A stretch of DNA of 64,000 nt, taken from positions 864,001-928,000 of the forward strand of contig CBDCSU010000004.1 in NCBI GenBank assembly GCA_965221775.1. The letters run 5' to 3'. Of the stretch, positions 9,093 to 17,603 are shown piece after piece. The stretch comes from Candidatus Latescibacterota bacterium (GTDB taxonomy: Bacteria; Latescibacterota; UBA2968; UBA8231). Made by a program: the position numbers and the translations under genes. Each line of letters starts with the position of its first letter. Position 1 is the stretch's first letter. Below the pieces are notes generated by a model, which worked only from the letters and a program-made list of their open reading frames with translations, did not search any database and had not been told where the DNA came from.

Positions 9093-10843
9093 CACAGCTC
9101 GGTCAGCTCCCGGGCCAGGCTCTGGCGCCGGTGCATGCCGGCGTAAAGCCCGCCCCGCGCCACCAGCTCCTCGTGGGTGCCCGCCTCGGCGATGCGGCCC
9201 TCGTCGAGGACGACGATGCGGTCGGCGTCGCGCACGCTCGACAGGCGATGGGCGATGAGGATCGTCGTCCGCTGCCGCATCACCTCCCGCAGGTTGTCCA
9301 GGATGCCCTCCTCGGTGGCGGTGTCGACGCTGGCCAGGGCGTCGTCGAGTATGAGGATGCGCGGCTCCCGGGCCAGGGCCCGGGCCAGGGCGGTGCGCTG
9401 CCTCTGCCCCCCCGACAGGGTGACGCCGCGCTCGCCGACGACGGTCCCGAAGCCGTCGGGGAACTCCTCCGGGTCGAGCTGGGCCATGCCGGCTGCCCAC
9501 TCCACGGGGCCGGGGGCCCGGTCGAGGACGATGTTCTCCTCGATCGTCTCCGAGAACAGGAAGGGCTCCTGCGGCACGTAGCCGATGGCGGCGCGCAGGG
9601 TCGTCAGCGGGACCCGCTCCACGGGCACCCCGTCGATCAGCACCTCGCCCCGGTCTGCTTCAAGGAGGCGGGGGATCAGCCGCACCAGGGTCGACTTGCC
9701 CGAGCCCACGCGGCCGACGATGGCCAGGGTGCCGCCGGCCGGGACCCGCAGGCAGACCCCGTCCAGGGCCGGGCGGCCGTCGAAGGCGAGGTGAACGTCG
9801 CGCAGCTCGATCTCCCCTCTCAGTCCGTTGCGCCCCGGGGCGCGGCGGTCCTCGGGCGGGTGGCCGAGGACGGCGTTGATGCGGCCGAGGGAGGCGGCGG
9901 CGCGCTGGAACTCGTCGACCATGCGGCCCAGGAGGTACATGGGCCGGCTCATGCGGATCAGGTAGAGGTTGAAGGCGACGAAGGCGCCCAGGGTCAGGGT
10001 TCCGTCGATGACGCGCAGGCCGCCGAGCCACAGAACGACCAGCATGGAGGTTCCGTTCAGCAGTCCCGTGAAGGGAAGGAACAGACTGCGGAGATGGATG
10101 AGCCCCTGGTTGCGCTCCACGTACTCGTCGTTGAGGGACTCGAAGCGGCGGATCTCCCGGTCCTCGATGGCGCACGCCTTGACCACCCGCATGCCGCCGA
10201 GGTTCTCCTGGATGCGGGAGCTGATCGCCCCGAACTGGTCCTGCACCCTCCGGTAGCCGTTGCGGACCCGGCCGGAGACGAGACTGGCCGCCAGGGCCAG
10301 CACCGGCATCGGCGCCAGGGCCAGCAGGGCCAGCTGCCAGTCGATGAGGCTCATCAGGAGCAGGCTCATGACGAAGGTGAGCACCCCCATGAGGGTCATG
10401 CGGAAGGCGTGGTGCAGGAAACGCTGGATCGCCTCCACGTCGTTGGTGGCCCGGGCCATCAGGTCTCCGGCGCGGCGCTCGTGGAAGAACCGCAGCGGCA
10501 GCCGCAGGAGGTGCCTCACGTAGGCGCGCCGGATGTCGTGCTCCACGTGGCGGGAGACGCTGGTGAAGAACCAGCGCATGCCGAAGTTGACCCCCCAGCC
10601 CGCGATGGCCAGGGCGGCGATGGCCCAGGCGTAGGTCTGCACCTCGCCCAGGGCCGCGGCGAGGACGCCGGCGGACTCCCCGGCCCTGGTCGCCTCCTCG
10701 GCGCCCTCGATCGCCTCCTTCAGCAGCAGCGGCAGGACGAGGGTGATCGTCTGGGCCACCAGCAGCAGCCCCAGACCGAGGACGATCTGGCGGCCGTAGG
10801 GGCGCAGCCAGGGGCGGAAGAGTCGAAAGGGATCGATTCGCAA
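9092..10843 (-). CDS. ABC exporter half-transporter (MdlA/YheI-like, degenerate site)
   Basis: GDLMARATND, GRVGSGKS and LSGGQRQR. Walker B is ILDDA (D in place of the catalytic E), typical of heterodimeric exporters. Confidence 0.92.
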   Translation of the reverse strand: MRIDPFRLFRPWLRPYGRQIVLGLGLLLVAQTITLVLPLLLKEAIEGAEEATRAGESAGVLAAALGEVQTYAWAIAALAIAGWGVNFGMRWFFTSVSRHVEHDIRRAYVRHLLRLPLRFFHERRAGDLMARATNDVEAIQRFLHHAFRMTLMGVLTFVMSLLLMSLIDWQLALLALAPMPVLALAASLVSGRVRNGYRRVQDQFGAISSRIQENLGGMRVVKACAIEDREIRRFESLNDEYVERNQGLIHLRSLFLPFTGLLNGTSMLVVLWLGGLRVIDGTLTLGAFVAFNLYLIRMSRPMYLLGRMVDEFQRAAASLGRINAVLGHPPEDRRAPGRNGLRGEIELRDVHLAFDGRPALDGVCLRVPAGGTLAIVGRVGSGKSTLVRLIPRLLEADRGEVLIDGVPVERVPLTTLRAAIGYVPQEPFLFSETIEENIVLDRAPGPVEWAAGMAQLDPEEFPDGFGTVVGERGVTLSGGQRQRTALARALAREPRILILDDALASVDTATEEGILDNLREVMRQRTTILIAHRLSSVRDADRIVVLDEGRIAEAGTHEELVARGGLYAGMHRRQSLARELTEL

Positions 10844-10857
10844 AGGGTGTTCCGGTA

Positions 10858-10873
10858 GACTGACCGGTCAGTC
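10858..10873. promoter_or_regulatory. Perfect 16-bp palindrome, probable repressor operator (TetR-like)
   Basis: GACTGACCGGTCAGTC is its own reverse complement. It lies between the predicted -10 and the ABC exporter start. Confidence 0.7.
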
Positions 10874-10877
10874 AGAC

Positions 10878-10906
10878 AAGGTGGCCGCGCCGGCTCCGGC
10901 CGTCAA
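10878..10906 (-). promoter_or_regulatory. Putative sigma70 promoter of the ABC exporter operon
   Basis: TTGACG-N17-CACCTT on the minus strand. Confidence 0.5.
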
Positions 10907-10933
10907 TTCGCCGCCGCGGTGCGTTCACTGCGG

Positions 10934-11557
10934 TCATGCGGCAACGGCCGCATCGCTCGCGATGCGGCGCGCCAGCGGCAAGGCCCAGCCGGGCAGATCG
11001 CGGCCGTGGCGCAACAGATCGAGCTTCACCTCGTCGGGCAGACGGCTTCTCAAAGTCGCGAAAACCCGTCCATCCGCGGCCGCACGGGGGCCCAGCCACC
11101 GCAGCGCCTGAACCACTGGCGCGGCGGGTCTCCCCGCCCACTGCATGACCCTCGGGCCCGCGTGCCGGAACCGGACGGTTCTACCGTCGATCTCGAGCGT
11201 CCTCGAATGGCCGTCGGTCACGTAGCTGACCTGCGCCGGCACCGCGTTGGTCAGACCCAGTTGATTGGCAGCCACCAGGCCGTCTGGCATGACCCGCACA
11301 CCGTCCCGCCGCGCCAATGCCGCGATGGCGGCATCCAGCTCTGCGGGGGCGGGCCGATTCAGCACACTGCTGATCCGGGGCTTGTCGTAGAGGCCGTGGC
11401 CCGCACGGCGCAACTGTCCCGCCTTGACGAGACGGGACAGGGCCTGGTCCACGGCACCGCGGCTGCCGAGATCCAGAAAGTCCTTGGGGGTGCACACCCA
11501 CTCTCCGCCGTCGTGGGCGGACACCCTCTGCATGATCCTGTCGGCCATTGCGGTCAT
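10934..11557 (-). CDS. DUF6088 / AbiEi-like antitoxin-regulator (type IV TA), orphan
   Basis: TPKDFLDLGSRGAVDQALSRL..G.LRR..GLY..P and G..AANQLGLT.AVPA..Y.TDG.SR pattern. No AbiEii nucleotidyltransferase gene follows. Confidence 0.82.
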   Translation of the reverse strand: MTAMADRIMQRVSAHDGGEWVCTPKDFLDLGSRGAVDQALSRLVKAGQLRRAGHGLYDKPRISSVLNRPAPAELDAAIAALARRDGVRVMPDGLVAANQLGLTNAVPAQVSYVTDGHSRTLEIDGRTVRFRHAGPRVMQWAGRPAAPVVQALRWLGPRAAADGRVFATLRSRLPDEVKLDLLRHGRDLPGWALPLARRIASDAAVAA

Positions 11558-11581
11558 CGGATTCTGTCGACCACCGCTCGC

Positions 11582-11912
11582 TCAAGCAGTCCGGCGAATT
11601 CGTCCCGATTGACGCCGTTTGCCTGCCGTGCTGGGCTCGTAGCGCCGTACGTCGATCTCTCCTGCGCGAGCACGCATCCGGGAGGCATCCCACCAGGCCT
11701 GCATCCTCAGCAGCATGTCCATGCTCACGTCGAAGGCCTTCTCGATGCGGAGGGCCATCTCCGCGGACAGGGCGGCGTTGCCATTCAGCAAGGCGGAGAG
11801 CGTCGCTCGGCGGACACCCAGAATCCCGGCGGCCTTCGTGACGTTGAGATCCAGTTCCTCGATGATCTCCGTGCGGATGAAGTCACCCGGATGGGAAGGG
11901 GTCATGTTCACG
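11582..11912 (-). CDS. higA: HigA-family antitoxin (XRE HTH)
   Basis: PSHPGDFIRTEIIEELDLNVTKAAGILGVRRATLSALLNGNAALSAEMALRIEKAF..MLLRMQAWWD. Start uncertain (GTG 11912 or ATG 11906). Confidence 0.88.
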
Positions 11913-11965
11913 TTGATTCCTCCAGGTTCAAGCGATCCTCGGTGGCGCACGGAGCGGATGATCAT
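11909..11965 (-). pseudogene. higB: Internally deleted higB toxin remnant
   Basis: ATG 11965 gives MIIRSVRHRG (HigB-type N-terminus). It is joined directly to RLNLEE in another frame, which resembles the HigB C-terminal LNLEDYH. Confidence 0.65.
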
Positions 11966-11974
11966 GCCGGCATG

Positions 11975-11993
11975 TGTACGGTGATGCCGTTCA
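11975..11993. promoter_or_regulatory. Imperfect inverted repeat, probable HigA operator
   Basis: TGTACGG-TGATG-CCGTTCA lies 10 nt upstream of the higB-remnant start. Confidence 0.55.
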
Positions 11994-12135
11994 GTCCGCA
12001 AGCCCTCTTCCTGAGCCGCCGAGTCCGCTTGGCCCGACACCTGTCAACCGCTCCTCCGATTCCGGTGAGCGGATTGAGGAACGTATACTCCTTAGGAGTT
12101 CAGCGATGAAGAGGGTTGCCCCAGGAGACTCACCC

Positions 12136-14058
12136 ATGGACCCGATCCGAGCCACCCTGCCCGCCGCCGAGGCGCCCGCCTGGGCCGTCTGGCAGCGCCG
12201 CCTCCTCGACGCCATGAACGCCGCCGTCGAGCCCTACACCGAGGCCTACTGCGAGGCCGACGGAAGCCTGATCTGGCGCCACGACTCGGCCGGCAGCCCC
12301 GACGACTTCTACGAGGCCTTCTTCAACTGGCCGCTGCTCTACCTGATCGGCGGCGCCGGCGATCTGCTGCCGCGGGCGCACCGGCACTGGCGCGCCGTCA
12401 CCCGGCAGCTCACCTCCTTCGGCCTGGTGCGCGACGAGTACGCCCTCCGGGAGGACCAGTTCCACCAGGCCGAGAGCGACATCTTCTTCTACAGCCTCTG
12501 CCTGGCCGATCCCGCCGACGAGGCCACCGTCGCCCGCGCCTGCCGCTTCGCCGACCTCTACACCGGCCACGACCCCGGCGTCGACAACTGGGACGGCGGC
12601 CGCAAGCTGATCCGCTGCGCCCTCAACGGCTCCGGCGGCGCCGCCCTCGACTTCTACGGTCCCGACCACTCGTACGGCTGGTCCGAGGGCATGTCCGTGT
12701 ACGGCCTCCCCTACCACGACGTGCCCGGGGTGGAGACCGTCGAAGATCTGAAGGACCCCGCCAAGGCCCGGGCCATGGGCGCCGCCATGGCCCGGCGCAT
12801 GGGCCGCGGCGACGCCGTCCCCAACCTCGCCGTGACCAGCCTGGTGACCAACGCCTGGCTGCTCACGGGTGAGGACCGCTACCGCGCCTGGGTCCTCGAC
12901 TACGCCGGCCGCTGGGCCGAGCTGGCCCGGGCCAACGGCGGACTGCTGCCCGACAACGTCGGCCTCTCCGGCGAGGTGGGCGAGCACCTGGACGGCAAGT
13001 GGCACGGCGCCCTCTACGGCTGGACCTGGCCCCACGGGTTCTACAACGTGCAGCAGGCCGCCCTGCTGGCCGCCGGCGCCGCCCTGCTCATGACCGGCGA
13101 CACCTCGTGGCTGGAGATCCCGCGGGCCCAGCAGGACCGCATCTTCGAGATGGGCGAGACGCGCGACCTGCGGCGCCAGCAGATGAGCCTGCACCACCAC
13201 TGGATCGGCCACTGGCGGGGCCTGGAGCGCGCCGGTCGCCACGACACCTGGGTCGTCCCCTACCGATACGGCGACGGCGGCTGGTTCGACTGGCAGCCCC
13301 TCTCCCCCATCTACCCGGCGGCCCTCTGGAACCTCTCCATGGACCCGGCCGACTGGCGCCGCATCGAGGAGCTGCGCGCCCGGGAGGCCTACGACTGGGC
13401 CGATCTCTTCAGCTTCCGCAACAAGGAGGACGCCGGCCACGAGCAGCCGTGGCTGCGCTTCCTGGACGGCGCCAACCCCGGCTTTCCGGAGCGCATGCTG
13501 AGCGCCAGCTACGGCGAGGTCGCCCGCCGCCTCGACCTGATCCGCGCCGACGACGAGCACGACACCCACCGCGACGTGCACCGCTGGCAGCACGTGAACC
13601 CGGTCTCGACGGAGGCCCTGGTGCAGCAGACCCTGGGCGCTCCCCAGTCGCTCTACAACGGCGGGCTCCTGCATTGCCGGGTGCGCTATTGGAACCGCGA
13701 CCGCCGGCGGCCGGGTCTGCCCGCCGACGTGGCCTCCCTCGTGGAGGAGCTGTCGGCGGAGCGCGCCGTCGTGACCCTGGTGAACCTGGGCCCCTTCGAG
13801 GAGCGCCGGCTGACGGTGCGCGCCGGGGCCTTCGGCGAGCACCGCTTCGGCCGCGTCACCTGGGACCGCCGCCTGAGCGCCTACCCCGGCGACAGCGCCG
13901 ACTACGCCGCCGAGCCCCTGGCCGCCGGGGGCGACAGCCGCGACGTGGACGACACCCACCTGTCCGTCGACCTGCCGCCGGCGACGCGGATCACGCTGGA
14001 GTTGGAGACGCGGCGTTATGTGGGCCGGGCGAGTGCGGCCCTGGCGTGGCCGGGGTGA
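12136..14058 (+). CDS. Uncharacterised ~640-aa protein, possibly an alpha/alpha-toroid enzyme
   Basis: Strong GC3 codon bias and AGGAG RBS. W/Y/D/H-rich motifs (DDFYE.F.NWP, PDNVG..G, YGWTWPHG). No family recognised with certainty. An alternative in-frame start lies at 12106. Confidence 0.75.
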   Translation: MDPIRATLPAAEAPAWAVWQRRLLDAMNAAVEPYTEAYCEADGSLIWRHDSAGSPDDFYEAFFNWPLLYLIGGAGDLLPRAHRHWRAVTRQLTSFGLVRDEYALREDQFHQAESDIFFYSLCLADPADEATVARACRFADLYTGHDPGVDNWDGGRKLIRCALNGSGGAALDFYGPDHSYGWSEGMSVYGLPYHDVPGVETVEDLKDPAKARAMGAAMARRMGRGDAVPNLAVTSLVTNAWLLTGEDRYRAWVLDYAGRWAELARANGGLLPDNVGLSGEVGEHLDGKWHGALYGWTWPHGFYNVQQAALLAAGAALLMTGDTSWLEIPRAQQDRIFEMGETRDLRRQQMSLHHHWIGHWRGLERAGRHDTWVVPYRYGDGGWFDWQPLSPIYPAALWNLSMDPADWRRIEELRAREAYDWADLFSFRNKEDAGHEQPWLRFLDGANPGFPERMLSASYGEVARRLDLIRADDEHDTHRDVHRWQHVNPVSTEALVQQTLGAPQSLYNGGLLHCRVRYWNRDRRRPGLPADVASLVEELSAERAVVTLVNLGPFEERRLTVRAGAFGEHRFGRVTWDRRLSAYPGDSADYAAEPLAAGGDSRDVDDTHLSVDLPPATRITLELETRRYVGRASAALAWPG

Positions 14059-14079
14059 TGCCTTCGAGGAGGTGATGAC

Positions 14080-14406
14080 ATGACCCGCCTGGAGCCGATC
14101 CACCCCGGCGCAATCCTGAAGCACGACTTCATGGAACCGATGGGGTTGTCCGACACCGCCCTGGCGAAGGCGGTCGGGGTGACGCCGGCGCGGATCAACG
14201 AGATTGTCCGCGGCCGCCGGGGCATCACGGCGGAGACTGCGCTCCGTCTGGCGCGGTACTTCAATACCGATGCCCGGAGTTGGATGAACCTTCAGGACCG
14301 CTACGAGCTCGAACTCGCGGCGCGTGAGAAGGCCGAGGACCTGCGCGCCATCCGCCCGCGCGAGGAGGCGACTCCGGATGCTCGGTCCTTGGTCCCCGGA
14401 GCCTGA
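14080..14406 (+). CDS. higA: HigA-family antitoxin, orphan
   Basis: PIHPGAILKHDFMEPMGLS..ALAKAVGVTPARINEIVRGRRGITAETALRLARYF...WMNLQ.RYEL. GGAGG RBS. Confidence 0.92.
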   Translation: MTRLEPIHPGAILKHDFMEPMGLSDTALAKAVGVTPARINEIVRGRRGITAETALRLARYFNTDARSWMNLQDRYELELAAREKAEDLRAIRPREEATPDARSLVPGA

Positions 14407-14529
14407 CCGGAACCCCTGAGTCACTGGATCGTCTGACCTGGACTGCCGTCCCCGCGAGCGACAGCCGGGCCTCCCTCGCTCACCCCCGGGTGCGGGACGC
14501 GTCCGAGCCGTATCAGGAGGCGAGAGTCC

Positions 14530-15189
14530 ATGGCACGATCCGCCCTCATCGCCCTGGCCGGGCTGTTCCTGGCCGGCTGCGGCCTCTTTGCCCCGAAGAA
14601 GATCACGGGAGATGATGCCAAGGGGCCGCCGCCGAGCTCGACACTCACACCCCAGGTGGTGATGGACAACCTGGAGAGGGCCTTCGACGACCGCGACAGG
14701 AACCTGTACGAAACCCTCCTCGACGACGCCTTCTGGTTCACCGAGGCCGACTGCAGGGGCGACCTTCTCTACTACTACGGCAAGGAGGAGGAGCTGCGGA
14801 TCATGGGCCCCCGCGACGGCTCCTCCCACGGGATCTTCGACATCTACCGGGACATCGACTGGAAGTTCCACCCCTCCCGGCGCTACAGGGAGTTCGGCCG
14901 CGACCACCCCGACAGCTTCGAGGGCGATCCCGACGGGCACCCCGACGAAGACTGGGAGGTCTTCCGGGGCCGGGTGGAGATCCGGCTCATCGAGCGGCCG
15001 GGCGAGGGCTACTTCGTCGATCAGGTGATGACCTTCAAGATGCGCGAGGGCGACGACGGCCTCTGGCGCATCGTGCGCTGGATGGACGATCCCCTGTCCA
15101 CGGACTGCAGCGAGGGCGAGAGCGCCAAGCCGGCCGCCCGGCCGGCCTGGTCCCGGGTCAAGGCGGTCCCCGGAGAGGCCGGCTCCTAG
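14530..15189 (+). CDS. Hypothetical lipoprotein (possibly NTF2/SnoaL-like fold)
   Basis: Lipobox LAGC and AGGAGG RBS. TPQVVMDNLERAF...YETLLDDAF.F and WRIVRW.D pattern. Confidence 0.78.
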   Translation: MARSALIALAGLFLAGCGLFAPKKITGDDAKGPPPSSTLTPQVVMDNLERAFDDRDRNLYETLLDDAFWFTEADCRGDLLYYYGKEEELRIMGPRDGSSHGIFDIYRDIDWKFHPSRRYREFGRDHPDSFEGDPDGHPDEDWEVFRGRVEIRLIERPGEGYFVDQVMTFKMREGDDGLWRIVRWMDDPLSTDCSEGESAKPAARPAWSRVKAVPGEAGS

Positions 15190-15389
15190 CCGCTCTCGCC
15201 AACCAGGCTCACGCTCCTCCCTCCCGTCCGGGTCAACCCAGCTTCCCTGCCGTGCACGCCGAGGCCCCCGCCAGGGAGCCGCCAGCGGCTTGCTACCCCT
15301 GAGAGCCAATGTCGAAGTTCCGCCTCCGGGCACCGCCCATGGTGCGCCTGTCGGAGATGCTCCCTCATCGGCAACGGAAGCGACAATCC

Positions 15390-17579
15390 ATGAAGCCCCA
15401 CCCCACCCCCCTCCCCCCGCCCCGCAGCGACGCCACCGTCCTCCACGTCGACGCCGAGCACTACGTCGACACTCTCACCGGCCTGAACAACGCCGGCGTG
15501 CGCTGGCTCGGCGAGCCGTGGATCAAGGAAGCCCACGGCGTGACCGAGGTCACCCGCGGCTTCGCCTTCGCCGGGGAGCGCGCCCTGCACGCGGCGACGA
15601 CGGCACGGAAGCAGCGGGCCATGATCCGCGTCCTGGCGCGGGCCGACGCGCCGGACCCCGGGGAGGCGACGGTCGTCGAGTTCGTCTTTCGGCCGGTGCG
15701 CGGCAAGCCGGTGGAGCTGAGCGGCTGGATCGTCTTCCAGCCCTGCGACAGCGACATGGACCGGCGCACGGGGATCACCCTGATCGCCAACGGCAGCGCC
15801 GACAGCGGCCGTTACGATGTCGATGTGCTGGTAGGCGGCGGACGCCGGCCCCGCCGCCGGCGGCAGGTCGTGACCGGCCTCTCGCAGAGACGGTGGACGC
15901 GGTTCATCCTGATGCGCCGGAAGGGGGCGCCCACGGTGCAGCTGTGGGCCGGAGCGCCCGGCAAGGAGCAGTTCGCCGGCGCCTTCGCCGACCAGGACCC
16001 CGCCACCCCCATTCTCGCCGCCCGCGTGGGGGACGACTCGTCATCGGCGATCGCCGGCTCCGGGTACTGGGACGACATCCGCGTCGGCGGCCTGCTGCGG
16101 CGCGCCGCCGACCTGAGAGCGGGCGAGCCCGCCCCCGTGCTGCGGTTCAGCAGGCCGAAGCCGGTGGAGCCGATCCCGGTGGGACGGCCGCGGCAGCTGT
16201 TCGTCGACGACTGGCTGATCCACGAGGCCCGGGGCGTGAAACGGCGCCTTCACGCCATCGACAAGCATCCCGCCAATCCCCTGATCGTGCCCGAGCACCC
16301 GTGGGAAGGGGGAGCCGTCCTCGGCGGCGGCGCCGTCTTCCGCGACGAGGCGGGGAAGTTCCGCATGTACTACAAGGCGTACTGCCCGATCTACGGCCCG
16401 CCGCCCCGGCAGGAGCGCCGGCTCAAGCGGAGCGTCACCGGTCACGCCACCAGCGACGACGGCATCCACTGGGTCAAGCCGATGCTCGGCCTCCACACCT
16501 TCGAGGGCGTGGAGCAGACCAACATCGTCATCGCCAGCCGCGAGCGGGACGAGACCGAGCACGAGCTGTGGGAGCCCTGGGACGCCGCCACCGGGGCGCG
16601 GTCGGCGAACTCGATCACCCATGACCCGGACGAGCCCGACCCGGAGCAGCGCTACAAGGCCCTGGTGAAGGTGCGCGGCTTCTCCCTGCTGACGTCGCCC
16701 GACGGCATCCACTGGAAGGACCGCGGCACCCTCTTCGCCCAGGCCTACGACTGCACGGACACGGCCTTCGACCCCCTGCGCGGCGTTCACTTCGCCACGG
16801 CCAAGCTCCATTACCAGAAACGCCGGGGCCGCGGCTACGCCGAGAGCGCCGACGGCCTGAACTGGTCGGACACGGTCTTCCAGATGACGGTGGACGGGCG
16901 CGACGAGGCCGAGGACCAGATCTACGGGATGAACCCGTTCTACTACGAGACCGTGCACCTGTGCCTGATGCGCATGTACCACCTCGGCAAGCGGCACCGC
17001 CTCGACATCCAGCTGGCCTCGGCGCGCGACCCCCGGCACTGGGACCGCACCTTCCGCGAGCCCCTGATCCCCTGCGGCGACCGGACCCGCAACGAGTGGG
17101 ACTGGGCCAACAACACGGTGATCTCGGTGCCGCCGGTGCGCGTCGGCGACGAGCTGTGGTTCTACTACAGCGGCCGCACCGCCGACCACCTGTGGAGGGA
17201 CCACGAGGGCCGCAAGATCCACATGATGGACGACACCTGGGGCCGCATCGGCATGGGCAAGCTGCGCCTCGACGGCTTCGTCTCCGCCGGCGCCGGATCG
17301 CGCGGAGGGGTGCTCGAGACGAAGGCCCTGGAACTGCTCCATCCCCAGCTGTACGTGAACGCCGACGCCCGCGGCGGCGAGTTGCGCGCGGAGGTCACCG
17401 ACCTCGCCGGCCGGCCGCTGCCGGGATACGCCGCCGCCGACTGCGTGCCCGCGGCGCGGGACTCCGTGCGCCAGAGGATCCGCTTCCGGGAGCGCAACCG
17501 GCTGCCGGCTTCAGGCGCTCCCGTGCGCCTGCGCTTCCACCTGCGCGACGCGCGCCTCTACTCCTTCTGGACGCAGTAG
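15390..17579 (+). CDS. Five-bladed beta-propeller glycoside hydrolase-like protein with an extra N-terminal domain
   Basis: RQLFVDD, KHPANPL..PE.PWEG, FRMYY, Asp-box-like ATSDDGIHW.KP / SPDGIHW / SADGLNW, ELWFYYSG, LRLDGFVS, and a C-terminal LRFHLRDARLYSFW beta-sandwich. Confidence 0.8.
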   Translation: MKPHPTPLPPPRSDATVLHVDAEHYVDTLTGLNNAGVRWLGEPWIKEAHGVTEVTRGFAFAGERALHAATTARKQRAMIRVLARADAPDPGEATVVEFVFRPVRGKPVELSGWIVFQPCDSDMDRRTGITLIANGSADSGRYDVDVLVGGGRRPRRRRQVVTGLSQRRWTRFILMRRKGAPTVQLWAGAPGKEQFAGAFADQDPATPILAARVGDDSSSAIAGSGYWDDIRVGGLLRRAADLRAGEPAPVLRFSRPKPVEPIPVGRPRQLFVDDWLIHEARGVKRRLHAIDKHPANPLIVPEHPWEGGAVLGGGAVFRDEAGKFRMYYKAYCPIYGPPPRQERRLKRSVTGHATSDDGIHWVKPMLGLHTFEGVEQTNIVIASRERDETEHELWEPWDAATGARSANSITHDPDEPDPEQRYKALVKVRGFSLLTSPDGIHWKDRGTLFAQAYDCTDTAFDPLRGVHFATAKLHYQKRRGRGYAESADGLNWSDTVFQMTVDGRDEAEDQIYGMNPFYYETVHLCLMRMYHLGKRHRLDIQLASARDPRHWDRTFREPLIPCGDRTRNEWDWANNTVISVPPVRVGDELWFYYSGRTADHLWRDHEGRKIHMMDDTWGRIGMGKLRLDGFVSAGAGSRGGVLETKALELLHPQLYVNADARGGELRAEVTDLAGRPLPGYAAADCVPAARDSVRQRIRFRERNRLPASGAPVRLRFHLRDARLYSFWTQ

Positions 17580-17603
17580 GCGGGCGGATCAGCGGCGGGA
17601 AGG

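Noticed and set aside
10872-10937. Short ORF MTAVNAP... overlapping the DUF6088 stop as an AbiEii remnant
   Set aside because: The position fits (ATGA overlap), but the sequence is too short to show similarity, so it is not called as a feature.
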